This document shows positions 40,609-51,572 of a stretch of 64,000 nt of DNA, piece by piece. The stretch's first letter is position 1. Each line of letters opens with the position of its first letter. This DNA is from Candidatus Aceula meridiana. GTDB lineage: Bacteria; Omnitrophota; Gorgyraeia; Zapsychrales; Aceulaceae. The notes beneath the pieces were generated by a model. That model saw nothing but the letters and a program-made list of their open reading frames with translations. It ran no database searches and was not told the origin of the DNA. Location: NCBI GenBank assembly GCA_030765185.1, contig JAVCDE010000031.1, positions 4,650 through 68,649 on the forward strand. Direction: 5' to 3'. The position numbers were made by a program, and so were the translations under genes.

Positions 40609-42816
40609 TTATTTCTTTCTTAAAAGCATTCTAACTCTTGCCAAAAGTTTATCACGATCAAACGGTTTATTGACGTAATCATCAGCGCCGGCGTCTAGGC
40701 CTTCAATTTCACTTGTTTTATCAGACTTGGCTGTGAGCATCACAATTGGGATAGACGCTGTCTCTAGGTGAGAACGTATCTTTTTTGTTGCCGTAACGCC
40801 ATCCATCTTGGGCATCATTACATCCATAATAATCAAGCTAGGTTTATCGCGGTAGGCCTTTTTAACGCCCTCTTCTCCGTCTTCTGCTTCAATAACATTA
40901 TATCCACAACTTTCAAAGCAGACTGTTAAGATGGTACGGATATCGGGTTCATCGTCTACAATAAGAACGGTATGCCGCTTGTTAACAGCCTTTCGTAATT
41001 CATTAGCAACCTCATTAACTTCTCTCGGGGAAGATTCCAAAGATGTCTTTTCGCCATCAGACCCTTTTGTTCCTTGATAGCTTTCTTTAGGCTGAATGTC
41101 AAAATCTATCTCCTGAATGCCGCAGACTCTTTCAACTTCCTCAATGGTCGTAACACCGCTTCTTGCTTTTTCACCACCTGCCTCAGCTAATGTACGAAAC
41201 CTTGATTCTCGGGCAGCTTTCATGATTTCATCTTCAGAGGCCTTTTCCGAAATAAGCTTCTTTACTTTTTCGCTTACCTTTAGTATCTCAAAAATTGCTG
41301 TCCTGTTTAAAAATCCTGTATAATTGCACGTCTCGCATCCAGCCCCTTTATAAAGTTTTTCAAGTTTATACCTTTGAATAAAAATCCCAAATTTCTCATG
41401 CATTTGCCTGACTTCTTGCGCGTCAGTAATTTCTTGCCGGCAGCCAGGACAAATAATGCGCACTAACCTCTGCGCCACAATCATGGCCAAAGAAGAGCCA
41501 ATGAGATACGGTTCTAGGCCTAAATCTAAAAGACGGATAACCGTGCTCACAGCGTTATTAGTATGCAGTGTTGAAAAAACTAAGTGGCCTGTCAAAGACG
41601 CCCGGAAGGCAATTTCAGCGGTTTCTAAATCACGAATTTCTCCGACTAAAATAACGTTCGGATCCTGGCGTAAAATGCTTTTTAACCCGCTTGCAAAAGT
41701 AACATTCTTTGCCGGATTAACAGGAATCTGGTTAATCCCTTCTGTCAAATATTCAATCGGGTCTTCAATGGTAACAATATTTTTTGTTTCGCTTTTAATA
41801 AATCCTAGCGCAGCATAAAGTGTAGATGTTTTTCCGGAGCCGGTCGGCCCTGTAACAAGCACCATCCCTTGAGGCTTTTGAATAGCCTCTTTAAAAGCTG
41901 ATAAGTCTCCTGGTTCCATGCCTAATTGTTCAATATATTTCTTTTCTTGGCTTTTGTCTAAAAGACGAATAACAATTTTTTCACCATGAAAAGTAGGAAT
42001 AATGGAAATACGTAAGTCAACTTTTCTTTCATGAATCAGAATAGAACAACGCCCGTCTTGGGGTGAGCGGGTTTCAGAAATATCTAAATCCGATAAAATC
42101 TTGATGCGCACGACCAAAGACGAATGCATCTTAACCGGAATTTTCATAATATTTTTCAGGTATCCATCAATGCGGTAGCGCACTTCAACAAAATCTTCAT
42201 AAGGCTCGATATGGATATCACTAGCGCGGGACTTAACAGCGTCGCTTAAAATAAGGTTAGCCAGCTTAACAACAGGCGAACGGTCCCCTTTAAGAACATC
42301 AGCATCTAAAAAACTTTGATCTTCTTTGCCTTCTTTGACAAGCTCAACCTTGGTATCGTCGACGATATTTTTCATAAGGTCATAGATGGAATCATCAACC
42401 AAATAATATTTATCAATACATTCAGCGATGTCGTTTTTTTTAGCTAAAACAGGGGTAACGCCCATCCCTGCAATCGCAGACAAATCATCTAAGACCGTAA
42501 CATCTTGGGGGTTACTCATCGCTAAAACAAGTTTGCCCTCTTGAACGCGCAAAGGAAATGCGCCATAGCGCTTAGCCTTGTCATATTGAACAAGCTTCAA
42601 TGCTTGGGAATCAATTTTTTCATTATCCAAAGATATCGCGGGTAGGTTAAAAACTTTTGAAGCGACACGCAGAAGGTCCTCTTCTTTTAGAAAATCCATC
42701 TCAACTAAAAGTTCATGAATGGGCTTTTGAGCCCCAATTTGCTTAGCCTCAGCATCTTGGAGATTGTCGAATGTGATTAATTTTTCTTTTAAAAGGGCTT
42801 CAATAAGTGTCGTCAT
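40609..42816 (-). CDS. PilB/GspE-type secretion ATPase fused to a C-terminal receiver domain
   Basis: ASDIHIEP, GPTGSGKTS, LRQDPNVILVGEIRD, CxxC/CxxC zinc motif; C-terminal VDDE, MDVMMP, GADDY..KP. Confidence 0.93.
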   Translation of the reverse strand: MTTLIEALLKEKLITFDNLQDAEAKQIGAQKPIHELLVEMDFLKEEDLLRVASKVFNLPAISLDNEKIDSQALKLVQYDKAKRYGAFPLRVQEGKLVLAMSNPQDVTVLDDLSAIAGMGVTPVLAKKNDIAECIDKYYLVDDSIYDLMKNIVDDTKVELVKEGKEDQSFLDADVLKGDRSPVVKLANLILSDAVKSRASDIHIEPYEDFVEVRYRIDGYLKNIMKIPVKMHSSLVVRIKILSDLDISETRSPQDGRCSILIHERKVDLRISIIPTFHGEKIVIRLLDKSQEKKYIEQLGMEPGDLSAFKEAIQKPQGMVLVTGPTGSGKTSTLYAALGFIKSETKNIVTIEDPIEYLTEGINQIPVNPAKNVTFASGLKSILRQDPNVILVGEIRDLETAEIAFRASLTGHLVFSTLHTNNAVSTVIRLLDLGLEPYLIGSSLAMIVAQRLVRIICPGCRQEITDAQEVRQMHEKFGIFIQRYKLEKLYKGAGCETCNYTGFLNRTAIFEILKVSEKVKKLISEKASEDEIMKAARESRFRTLAEAGGEKARSGVTTIEEVERVCGIQEIDFDIQPKESYQGTKGSDGEKTSLESSPREVNEVANELRKAVNKRHTVLIVDDEPDIRTILTVCFESCGYNVIEAEDGEEGVKKAYRDKPSLIIMDVMMPKMDGVTATKKIRSHLETASIPIVMLTAKSDKTSEIEGLDAGADDYVNKPFDRDKLLARVRMLLRKK

Positions 42817-42821
42817 AAATT

Positions 42822-43211
42822 CTATTCGGCTAAAATGTCTTTTATTTTTTCAATCAAAGCTTGAATTTCATAAGGTTTCTCAAAATAAGCAGAAACCCCT
42901 TGCTGGCTTATTGTTTCTTTTAGCACCTTGTCCTGCGCTGCTGTTGAAATAATTATAGGAATATCCTTAGTGTGTGCAGAAAGTCTTAAATTCTTCAAAG
43001 CGGTAACCCCGCCGCCCCCGGGAAGCCTCAAGTCTAAAATAATGATATCCGGTCTTTTATCGTGGGCAACTTGCGTTGCCTGAAAAGTGTCTAAAGCCGA
43101 CATTACCTCAAAATTATACTCCTGAAGCCTTCTTTCCAGAATTTGTAAAAAATCTAAATCATCTTCAACAATAAGTACTTTATGCATACACATCTTCCCC
43201 GTTTGCCCCAT
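42822..43211 (-). CDS. Single-domain response regulator receiver
   Basis: VEDD, LDLRLP, EKP; start codon uncertain. Confidence 0.88.
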   Translation of the reverse strand: MGQTGKMCMHKVLIVEDDLDFLQILERRLQEYNFEVMSALDTFQATQVAHDKRPDIIILDLRLPGGGGVTALKNLRLSAHTKDIPIIISTAAQDKVLKETISQQGVSAYFEKPYEIQALIEKIKDILAE

Positions 43212-43268
43212 TTTACCTCGAAAACTAGGGTTTGCAAAACGTTATATTAAGAATATCTATATTAATAC

Positions 43269-44762
43269 TTAACGATGAGTACTTTTGCAAAGAGAGGCTA
43301 GGCTGCTTTCAAGCTCTGGGGTAAGCTGTGAGTCAAGAACTCTCCATTGCCAATTGTTCTGCATGGTTGATGGCGTGTTCATGCGGTGGGCAGCATCAAG
43401 ACCTAAGGCATCCTGCAGAGGAAAAATAGCCGTGTCTGCCACGGACTTCATTGCAAGGGTAACCATCTGCCAGTGAATTTGTTCAGGCTGTGCGGTCTCG
43501 CCCAAACATTCTTCAATCCGCGTCTTCATCTCTTCGGAAACTTCCTGCTTAAACCAGCCTTGGGTTGTGTTGTTATCATGTGTGCCGGTATAAACCAAAC
43601 AATTCTTAATGTAATTCTGCGGTAAATAAGGATTGTCCTCTTTGCCGTCAAAAGCAAAAGCCAGAATTTTCATGCCGGGAAAATCATATTTCTTGATAAT
43701 TTCTTTAACGCCATCAGTTATAACACCTAAATCTTCGGCAATAATCGGAAATGTCTTAAAATGCGCTATCAGCTCCTCAAAGAAATCTTCCACCGGAACT
43801 TTAACCCACTGCCCCTTAATGGCGGTCTTCTCTCCCTGCGGAACCTCCCAAAAAGCCACAAACCCGCGAAAGTGGTCAATTCGCACAATGTCAAAAAAAT
43901 TAAAATTCTGAGCTAGGCGCTCTTTCCACCATTGATAGCGCTCCTTTTTAAGAGCATCCCACCGATAAACCGGATTGCCCCAGAGCTGACCGGTTTCACT
44001 AAAATAATCAGGAGGAACTCCTGCCATCCCCAAAGGGTTTCCTGCCTTATCAATTTTAAAAATATGCTGATGCGTCCAAACATCGGCACTGTCATGCTGA
44101 ACATAAAAAGGTAAATCTCCAATAATCTGGATGCCCTTGTTATTGCAATATTGCTTTAATGTAAACCATTGTTTCAGAAATAAGAATTGAAAGAATTTTT
44201 CACGCAAAATAACATCATCCAATTCTTGGCGGCATTTCTCTAAAGCCTGCTGATCGCGATTGCGAATTTCTTCAGGCCAATTCACCCAAGATGCCCCTGC
44301 AAAATGCTTCTTAAGAGCTGCGAACACCGCGTAATCCTCAAGCCAGAATTTATTCTTCTCTTGAAATGTTTTAAAGTCTGCATCCCTAAGAATATTCTTT
44401 TTAGAATTGGCAAACGCTTTATGCAAAAGCGCTGTCTTGTGAAGAGCAGCTTTGTGATAATCAACTCGCCCCTCTGAGAACTTAGGTAAATTTTCAAGAT
44501 CACTTTTCTGTAAAAAACCATCTTTTAGCAAAATTTCGGGACTGATAAATAGCGTGTTGCCGGCAAAGGCTGAGCAACTGCTGTAAGGAGAACTGGCAAG
44601 GGCTAAGTCCGTCAGATTAAGAGGAAGAATTTGCCAATATTTCTGACCGCTCTTTTTTAAAAAATCAGCAAACCGATAAGCACCTTTGCCAAAATCCCCT
44701 ATTCCGTAGGGGGAAGGCAAGGACGTGATATGCAAAAGGATTCCGCTTGCACGTTTTTTCAT
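43269..44762 (-). CDS. malQ: 4-alpha-glucanotransferase (GH77)
   Basis: SGILLHITSLP, VRIDHFRG, AEDLG, YTGTHDN. Confidence 0.97.
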   Translation of the reverse strand: MKKRASGILLHITSLPSPYGIGDFGKGAYRFADFLKKSGQKYWQILPLNLTDLALASSPYSSCSAFAGNTLFISPEILLKDGFLQKSDLENLPKFSEGRVDYHKAALHKTALLHKAFANSKKNILRDADFKTFQEKNKFWLEDYAVFAALKKHFAGASWVNWPEEIRNRDQQALEKCRQELDDVILREKFFQFLFLKQWFTLKQYCNNKGIQIIGDLPFYVQHDSADVWTHQHIFKIDKAGNPLGMAGVPPDYFSETGQLWGNPVYRWDALKKERYQWWKERLAQNFNFFDIVRIDHFRGFVAFWEVPQGEKTAIKGQWVKVPVEDFFEELIAHFKTFPIIAEDLGVITDGVKEIIKKYDFPGMKILAFAFDGKEDNPYLPQNYIKNCLVYTGTHDNNTTQGWFKQEVSEEMKTRIEECLGETAQPEQIHWQMVTLAMKSVADTAIFPLQDALGLDAAHRMNTPSTMQNNWQWRVLDSQLTPELESSLASLCKSTHR

Positions 44763-47188
44763 TTTTCTCCTATTCCAACTCTAAGAAAATCAGCCAAAAG
44801 GCCAAAAGCCGCAACCCACCTTTGACAACGGCTATCCCCTTGCTCAGACTTTGCTTTTCTTTCGTTGAAAAATTGTTTTTTAAGTTCGAAACAAATATTT
44901 TGCGCACGCCACAAATCTAAACTAAAACCTAAGTAATCTAAATTCTCTAAAAGAGCGGCCACCGTTTCCATAAGGATAACGTCCTCAGGATTTTCTCTTA
45001 AAGCGCCCATCAAATGGTCGATTCTTTTTTCGGTTGCAAAACAAATTGTTTCTTTGTCTCGCGAAAACGACCATCGTTTAAGCTCCCAAATTAAAAGACG
45101 AATTTGCTTCATGTCAAGGGGGTGCTTCTCGATCTCATCGCACAAATCGCGATTGAGAACAAATTCAACCACGGTCGAGAGTGCCTTAGGAAGCGTGACA
45201 TGTAGTTCTTTTTGAACCTGCATCAAAGGATAATGCTTGTCATAAATCTGGCGGAAGGAACCTTCAATTTCTTCCATTGTTGTTTTTAAAACTTCGTTTA
45301 AGATTTTTTGCTGTTCATTTCTAAAAAGATCTTGGATAGAATAGTTTTGCGGCCCAAAATATCTTTCAATCAGCCTCGTTGTCTCGGGGATACGCTTTGC
45401 AACAAAAGCCTCTAAAATTTCTTTTTCAGCCTGCTCATAGGTCCCCTCTTTCATCTGATCAACACCTCTGATGATATTATGATTCCCCAAGTGCATCCCG
45501 ACGAAAAACACAGGGGTTTTATCTAGCGTGATGTCAGAGCGCACCCATCCTTTACCAATAGAAAGCTTAAGCCTGTCTTTTTCTTGCTTACGATAAGTTT
45601 CAGTTCTTACCGTATAGCAATAAATCCTATTCTCCTGAGGATATTCTTCGAAAAGAGAAGAAACAGCATAATGAGCTCCAACTCTTAAAAGGCCAACGGC
45701 AGAAGGCTTCACAGCCGTTCGATAAATATATTCTCCGTCTTTGTATTCGGGAACATTACTTTTTGCTTTCTTCAGCTGTTCTGAAAATTTCTGATCAAAA
45801 TTAGTCCCGTCAATAAATTCTATAAGTTGAATAACGCGCGCAGCATATTTTAGAATTTGAGTCGGCTCAATCCCTGAAATTTCATCAAAAAACCATCCGC
45901 AGCTTGTATACATCAACATGCTGTTCCGCTGCATCTCTAAAAGTTTTAAAAATTTAATCTTATTAGCCTCAGGAACCTGCGAAAGATGATTCTCCTTAAA
46001 AAAACGCTCAATTGTTTCAGTATTTCGATTTAAAACAACATCGATATAGCAGTCTCTGACAGCCCAAATGTCCTTGGCATACAAAGGCATTTCTTTTTCG
46101 TAGGTTTTGTTTGCTTGCTCAGACAACCAATCAAGGCTTTGACGCAAGGGCTTGCGCCACTTCTGATTCCATTTAGGGTTTATTCCAATTTTGCATCCGC
46201 AGTCGCTTCGCCAGCGCTCAACGCCATGCGAACAACTCCAAGACGTATTTTCAAGAATCTCAACTTCTTCATTCGGAGGAAATTTCTCCAAATATTCGCC
46301 GTAAATCGTTACCGTAGCTAATTCGTTAGATTCAATATGTCGAAGGCAATAAGCAAGAGCCATGTCTGCAAATTTATGATGATGTCCGTATGTTTCACCG
46401 TCTGTAGCGATATGTATCATCTGAGCATCTTTTAATTTCGGATCAAACGCATCCACAAGCCTTTTAGCAAAAAAAGCGCCATCCTTCAGAAGTCTTTCAA
46501 ATGCAACAGCTTGGGATATTGGCCCATCGTAAAAGAAAAGAGAAATGCTTCTGCCTGAGGGCAAGCGGCACAAGTACGGTCTTTTAGGGTCAATTTTTTG
46601 CCCTGAAACATCAATCCACTTTTTATCAGAAAACTTTTTGACCCTCTTCGCTTGATGCGGGGCGAGAACAGTAAACTTAATTCCATGTTCGGCCATGATA
46701 TCAAGGCTCTCAAGGTCAACGGCAGTCTCGGCAAGCCACATGCCTTCTGGTCTTCGTTTAAAACGATATTCGAAATCTTTAATGCCCCAAATAATTTGCG
46801 TGCGCTTATCCTGGGCGTTCGCCAAAGGCATAATCATGTGGTTATAAACCTGCGCGATGGCAGCGCCATGTCCTGAAAAATTTTTTTGGCTAAGCCTGTC
46901 AGCTTCTAAAATCGCTTGATAGGCTTGTGTGTCGTGGGTCTCCATCCAAGAAAGAAGCGTTGGCCCAAAATTAAAACTTATCTTAGAGTAATTATTAACG
47001 ATATCGACAATTTTTTTGTCCCCGCCTAAAATGCGGGCAGCTGCATTACGCGAATAGCATTCGTGCGATATGCGCTCATTCCAATCGTGATAAGGATAGG
47101 CACTGTCCTGAAGCTCAATGGCCTCAAGCCAAGGGTTTTCTCGAGGAGGCTGGTAAAAATGTCCGTGGATGCAGATGTAGCGGTCCAA
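44759..47188 (-). CDS. GH57 glycoside hydrolase with DUF3536 domain
   Basis: HGHFYQPPRENPW, WLAETA, ATDGETYGHH, SWSCSHGVERW; TTG start at 47188 after AAGGAG. Confidence 0.9.
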   Translation of the reverse strand: MDRYICIHGHFYQPPRENPWLEAIELQDSAYPYHDWNERISHECYSRNAAARILGGDKKIVDIVNNYSKISFNFGPTLLSWMETHDTQAYQAILEADRLSQKNFSGHGAAIAQVYNHMIMPLANAQDKRTQIIWGIKDFEYRFKRRPEGMWLAETAVDLESLDIMAEHGIKFTVLAPHQAKRVKKFSDKKWIDVSGQKIDPKRPYLCRLPSGRSISLFFYDGPISQAVAFERLLKDGAFFAKRLVDAFDPKLKDAQMIHIATDGETYGHHHKFADMALAYCLRHIESNELATVTIYGEYLEKFPPNEEVEILENTSWSCSHGVERWRSDCGCKIGINPKWNQKWRKPLRQSLDWLSEQANKTYEKEMPLYAKDIWAVRDCYIDVVLNRNTETIERFFKENHLSQVPEANKIKFLKLLEMQRNSMLMYTSCGWFFDEISGIEPTQILKYAARVIQLIEFIDGTNFDQKFSEQLKKAKSNVPEYKDGEYIYRTAVKPSAVGLLRVGAHYAVSSLFEEYPQENRIYCYTVRTETYRKQEKDRLKLSIGKGWVRSDITLDKTPVFFVGMHLGNHNIIRGVDQMKEGTYEQAEKEILEAFVAKRIPETTRLIERYFGPQNYSIQDLFRNEQQKILNEVLKTTMEEIEGSFRQIYDKHYPLMQVQKELHVTLPKALSTVVEFVLNRDLCDEIEKHPLDMKQIRLLIWELKRWSFSRDKETICFATEKRIDHLMGALRENPEDVILMETVAALLENLDYLGFSLDLWRAQNICFELKKQFFNERKAKSEQGDSRCQRWVAAFGLLADFLRVGIGEK

Positions 47189-47235
47189 AAAATCTCCTTT
47201 ATATAAAACGACTCTGATTAAGAGTTGATAAGCCA

Positions 47236-47283
47236 AACGACCACTTCGTTATCTTTGAATTATCTCTAGATTGAGTGGTCGTT
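47236..47283. other. Intergenic hairpin
   Basis: AACGACCACT...AGTGGTCGTT inverted repeat. Confidence 0.5.
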
Positions 47284-47299
47284 AAAAAAATAAAAAATT

Positions 47300-47587
47300 T
47301 TATTTTTTAGCCTTGGCTATTTTCTTGGCTTTTTTTCTTTCTGTGCTTAGGCTTGGTTGAAAAACATTACGATAATAGTTTCGTTCCGGTTCAACCAAAG
47401 AAACAAAATCTTGTTTTTTACGCGAAATATAATTAATTTTATCTTCGCGGGCTAACCATCCTAAAGCTTGAAAAACAACCTCGCCTTTTTCTTTAACAAG
47501 CTTGGCAAGGTCTGTTACCTTAACTTCTTCTTTTTCGCCTAAAACCTGCCAGGTTTTTCCTGCGGCTTCAATAATTTTTCCTTTCAT
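47300..47587 (-). CDS. Winged-helix protein, DUF2582-like
   Basis: AGKTWQVL..ALGWLAREDKI; start placed at MKGK after GAGGAAG. Confidence 0.8.
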   Translation of the reverse strand: MKGKIIEAAGKTWQVLGEKEEVKVTDLAKLVKEKGEVVFQALGWLAREDKINYISRKKQDFVSLVEPERNYYRNVFQPSLSTERKKAKKIAKAKK

Positions 47588-47703
47588 CTCTTCCTCCTTA
47601 TTAAAATTTCTCTCCATGCTTGCGATTTCATTGAGACACTATTTTTATATCAAAAACCTGTTTTCGTCAAGTAAATTTGTTGTGCCAAAACTTTTTAAAA
47701 GCC

Positions 47704-49629
47704 TTAAGTCTTCTTGAAAAATAAAACGCCTAAGGGTGGCAAAGTCAAAGACAAAGATTGCGCAAAACCATGGGCTCCAATATGTTCTGTCTCTTTCCCG
47801 CCCATGTTTCCTTGTCCGCTCCCCCCGTAGCTTTTTGAATCGCTGTTAACTAATTCCTTCCAATGCCCTTCATCCGGGACACCAACGCGGTAACCGTTAC
47901 GTGTCTGCGGCGTAAAATTGCAAACAACAACAATTTTTTCTTCCGGCTTTTCGTTATGGCGCATAAAGCTGATGACTCCCTGCTGCCAATCGCTTCCGTC
48001 GATCCACTGTAAACCACGCGGCTCAAAATCGTGCGCGTATAAAGCTTTTTCCTCACGATAAACATGATTTAAATCTTTCATCCATTGATGCAGTCCTTGA
48101 TGCGGCGCATATTGCAGAAGATGCCATTCAAGGCTCTGGTCGTGATTCCATTCTGCCCATTGACCAAGCTCAGCGCCCATAAACAATAATTTTTTCCCGG
48201 GATGAGCAAACATGTATCCCAACAATAGACGCATATTTGCAAATTTTTGCCAATCATCTCCCGGCATTTTTTCTAAAAGAGAGCCTTTGCCATGCACAAC
48301 CTCGTCGTGAGAAAGAGAAAGAACAAAATTCTCTGTAAACGTGTAAAGAAAACTAAATGTTAAATCGCTATGATGGTATTTTCGGTAAATTGGATTCTTA
48401 GAAAAATACACAAGGGTGTCATGCATCCATCCCATATTCCACTTCATGCCAAACCCCAAGCCGCCTTCATAAAGTGGACGTGAAACACCTTGCCAGGCTG
48501 TCGACTCCTCTGCAATCATCTGAACGTCAGAAAACTCTTTATACACAACACTGTTTAGTATTTTTAAAAATTCAATCGACTCGAGATTTTCCCGTCCACC
48601 AAAACGATTGGGAATCCATTGCCCGGCTTCTCTTGAATAATCCAAGTAAAGCATCGAAGCTACTGCATCGACTCGAATTCCGTCGATATGATACTTATCA
48701 AACCAAAAAAGTGCGCTTGAAATTAAGAATGCTTTAACTTCATTGCGGCCATGGTCAAAGATATAACTTTTCCAGTCAGGATGAAATCCTTTTTTCGGAT
48801 CAGCATGCTCATAAAGATGCGTTCCGTCAAACTTAAAAAGTCCATGAACATCCGACGGAAAATGTGAAGGCACCCAATCTAAAATAACTCCAATATTATT
48901 TTGATGAAGACGGTCAATAAGATACATAAAATCTTGCGGGCTTCCATAGCGCGAAGTTGGCGAAAAATAGCCAACAGTCTGATATCCCCAAGATCCATAA
49001 AAAGGATGTTCCGTAATAGGAAGAAGCTCCACGTGTGTATATCCCATTTCCTTAACATAATCAACAAGCTGATCAGCCAACTCCGAATATGTTAAAGAAC
49101 GATTAGAGTCTTCTGGAACACGCCGCCAAGATCCAAGGTGCACCTCGTAAATCGACATTGGCGACTGAAGGCTGTTTCTTGTATGCCTCTCCTCCATCCA
49201 CTTAGAATCTTTCCATGGATACTCTGTATCCCAAACAATGGAAGCAGTCTTAGGTGGGATTTCATTATAAAATGCAAAAGGATCTTTTTTGTCTTCCCGA
49301 TAACCGTTTTCTTTAGATTCAACATAATATTTATAAGCTGTGCCTTTGCCAATGCCGGGAATAAAACCTTCCCAGATTCCTGAAGAATCCCAGCGAACGC
49401 CCAAAGGATGCGAGCCCTTATTCCACCCGTTGAAGTCTCCCATCACGCAAACACGCTCAGCATTTGGAGCCCAGACAGCAAAAGAGACTCCTTCTTTCCC
49501 ATCAACTGTCATGGGGCAGGAGCCTAGTTTATCATAAAGCCGGAAATGAGTTCCCTCTTTAAAAAGGTAGGAATCTTGATCTGTAAATCGAGTAACGCCG
49601 TGGACGATGTTGCCGTTATTGAATTTCAT
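47704..49629 (-). CDS. glgB: 1,4-alpha-glucan branching enzyme
   Basis: [48 protein letters not shown]. Confidence 0.98.
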   Translation of the reverse strand: MKFNNGNIVHGVTRFTDQDSYLFKEGTHFRLYDKLGSCPMTVDGKEGVSFAVWAPNAERVCVMGDFNGWNKGSHPLGVRWDSSGIWEGFIPGIGKGTAYKYYVESKENGYREDKKDPFAFYNEIPPKTASIVWDTEYPWKDSKWMEERHTRNSLQSPMSIYEVHLGSWRRVPEDSNRSLTYSELADQLVDYVKEMGYTHVELLPITEHPFYGSWGYQTVGYFSPTSRYGSPQDFMYLIDRLHQNNIGVILDWVPSHFPSDVHGLFKFDGTHLYEHADPKKGFHPDWKSYIFDHGRNEVKAFLISSALFWFDKYHIDGIRVDAVASMLYLDYSREAGQWIPNRFGGRENLESIEFLKILNSVVYKEFSDVQMIAEESTAWQGVSRPLYEGGLGFGMKWNMGWMHDTLVYFSKNPIYRKYHHSDLTFSFLYTFTENFVLSLSHDEVVHGKGSLLEKMPGDDWQKFANMRLLLGYMFAHPGKKLLFMGAELGQWAEWNHDQSLEWHLLQYAPHQGLHQWMKDLNHVYREEKALYAHDFEPRGLQWIDGSDWQQGVISFMRHNEKPEEKIVVVCNFTPQTRNGYRVGVPDEGHWKELVNSDSKSYGGSGQGNMGGKETEHIGAHGFAQSLSLTLPPLGVLFFKKT

Positions 49630-49779
49630 TTTTAATCTTTTTCTATAAAAATTTTTTTATCTTCAATGTTTTCAACAAATTACGTTCCAAGACAAAAGTC
49701 AAAGATTGTAATTATTTTACATAAAAGACAAGAAATAGCAACAAGATTCTTTGCCATAGAAAGTTCAAAAGATTAACTG

Positions 49780-50694
49780 TTAGAATGAATATACCACTGA
49801 AGAGATAAAGCGCAAATCGTTCTTTTTTGTGTTGTTTCCAGGACGATTATTAAATTCATCAACAACGCTCAGCTTAAGGGACCAATAGTCATCAAGCGGG
49901 CTTGTGAGAGCGGCTTCCCCCTTTACACGATAGGCTTCGGGCTCGCCTACAGGGAAATACATCGTGATATCGTTTGAAATTCTAGTTTTTCCAATAAGAC
50001 GCTTTTCTAAAAACAGTCTCGGAATGAAAATGCCCTCGCTAGTCGATTCTGTGCGGTCTCGATAATCCGTATATTCATATCCAGCGCCAAGCTCTGTCAT
50101 GAACTTAAAATCTTCAGCATCTGAAAACCAATATCCAACACCAGTTGAAGGAACAAGCCGGTAATCAATATTAGAAAAGCGATCATGGTCAGCCTCAAAT
50201 TTATAAAAATTATACCATTTTAAATTATCACTAAAACTAAAAGCATAACGCGCCATGCCGCTATATCTCTGACTGTCCATCTTCTCATCTGTTGAAGAAT
50301 ATAGACTCTCAGCCTTTAAAGTAAATTCATTGCGCTCCGTTTTACGTTTCGTTTCAAAAGATGCAGAAAGCTGAGACTTCTCAGTATTGCCGGTTGAAAG
50401 GCTGTATCCTGCAGAAAATTCACGCGTCCAAAGCTTTGATGCAGCTTCTTGAATTTCTGCTACCTGTTCTGGCTCAGAATTCTGTTTTTCCTTTTCATCC
50501 TCATTGAGGAATTCTCTTCTAATCGTAACAATACCTAAGGCTTGTGTCTCGACGGTAACTGTGTCATCCTCTTGCGCAAGAATAGTCCCTGTAATTTTGT
50601 CATTGTTCTTAAAATAAATTTCTTCAGCGGAAACTTTTGAAGAAACAGCCACACAAAAACAAAATAATAAAAATACTATTCCCTTCTTCGTCAA
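49780..50694 (-). CDS. DUF481 (YdiY-like) outer-membrane beta-barrel
   Basis: Signal peptide, GNT motif, amphipathic strands, terminal YSF. Confidence 0.8.
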   Translation of the reverse strand: MTKKGIVFLLFCFCVAVSSKVSAEEIYFKNNDKITGTILAQEDDTVTVETQALGIVTIRREFLNEDEKEKQNSEPEQVAEIQEAASKLWTREFSAGYSLSTGNTEKSQLSASFETKRKTERNEFTLKAESLYSSTDEKMDSQRYSGMARYAFSFSDNLKWYNFYKFEADHDRFSNIDYRLVPSTGVGYWFSDAEDFKFMTELGAGYEYTDYRDRTESTSEGIFIPRLFLEKRLIGKTRISNDITMYFPVGEPEAYRVKGEAALTSPLDDYWSLKLSVVDEFNNRPGNNTKKNDLRFISSVVYSF

Positions 50695-51269
50695 TCTATT
50701 TCTCCGGCTAATTGTTCAACTTCTTTAAGCATGTCTTTTCTCTCTTGATCACTTACACTCGCTACAGAATTAAAATATTTTTGTTTTAAAAACGCCATAC
50801 CGCAAAAATCCGCAAGACTCTGGCCTATAGTAAAATCCATAGCTTTAAAAGCTCCTGTTTTTTCACTAACATCTTTAGGCGCATTCAAGGTGCAGATGAC
50901 CAAAACCTTCTTCTCCGGCAGCAAGCCTTCCATCTTTTCTGTATAAGCAAATCCGACACTAAAAACACGGTCAATGTAACCCCGCGCAATAGCCGGTAGA
51001 CTGTTCCACCATACCGGAAAAACAAAAGTAACAACATCTGCCCAGCGTACGTGGTCTTGCTCGACCTTAACGTCGTCAAGAACGCCGCCTTTTTCTAAGA
51101 CTTCAAAATCTTTTGCACTTAAAACAGGATCAAAGCCTATCGCATAAAGGTCGCGCACGCGCACCTCGTGCCCTTTTTGCTCCAAGGCATCTTTTAGCGT
51201 TTCTCTGATAGCGCAATTAAAACTTTTTGAATTTGGATGACTATAAATAATTAAATGGTTCATCGTCAT
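50691..51269 (-). CDS. NAD(P)H-dependent flavodoxin-fold oxidoreductase (MdaB/KefF family)
   Basis: YSHP..SFN, RDLY, FPVWW..P...GYIDRVF. Confidence 0.9.
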   Translation of the reverse strand: MTMNHLIIYSHPNSKSFNCAIRETLKDALEQKGHEVRVRDLYAIGFDPVLSAKDFEVLEKGGVLDDVKVEQDHVRWADVVTFVFPVWWNSLPAIARGYIDRVFSVGFAYTEKMEGLLPEKKVLVICTLNAPKDVSEKTGAFKAMDFTIGQSLADFCGMAFLKQKYFNSVASVSDQERKDMLKEVEQLAGEID

Positions 51270-51383
51270 TCTTTCTTTAAAAAGTGTTATGTAGGATTAT
51301 GTCCCACTTAAGAAATAAAAGATTGTCTACAAAAAATCTTTTTACCTTTAGCTTCTCAAAATTAAAATTTCCTTCTAAAAAAC

Positions 51384-51414
51384 AATAGGGCCGGTCTTTA
51401 AACCGGTCCTTATT
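51384..51414 (-). terminator. Terminator downstream of tRNA-Gln
   Basis: AATAAGGACCGG-loop-CCGGCCCTATT followed by GTTTTTT. Confidence 0.65.
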
Positions 51415-51421
51415 AAATCAG

Positions 51422-51493
51422 CTGCCCCGTCTGGACTCGAACCAGAATTACTTGATCCAGAGACAAGCGTGCTACCAATTGCACCACAGGGCA
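51422..51493 (-). tRNA. tRNA-Gln(CTG), CCA not encoded
   Basis: TGCCCTG acceptor stem, anticodon loop CT-CTG-GA, GGTTCGAGTCC T-arm. Confidence 0.93.
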
Positions 51494-51572
51494 ATATCCC
51501 CACCCTTTTTGGATAAGATTGCTATATTGTTTGAATTTTCTAAAAAAAGGGTGTTATTTTTTAACAATAAAA

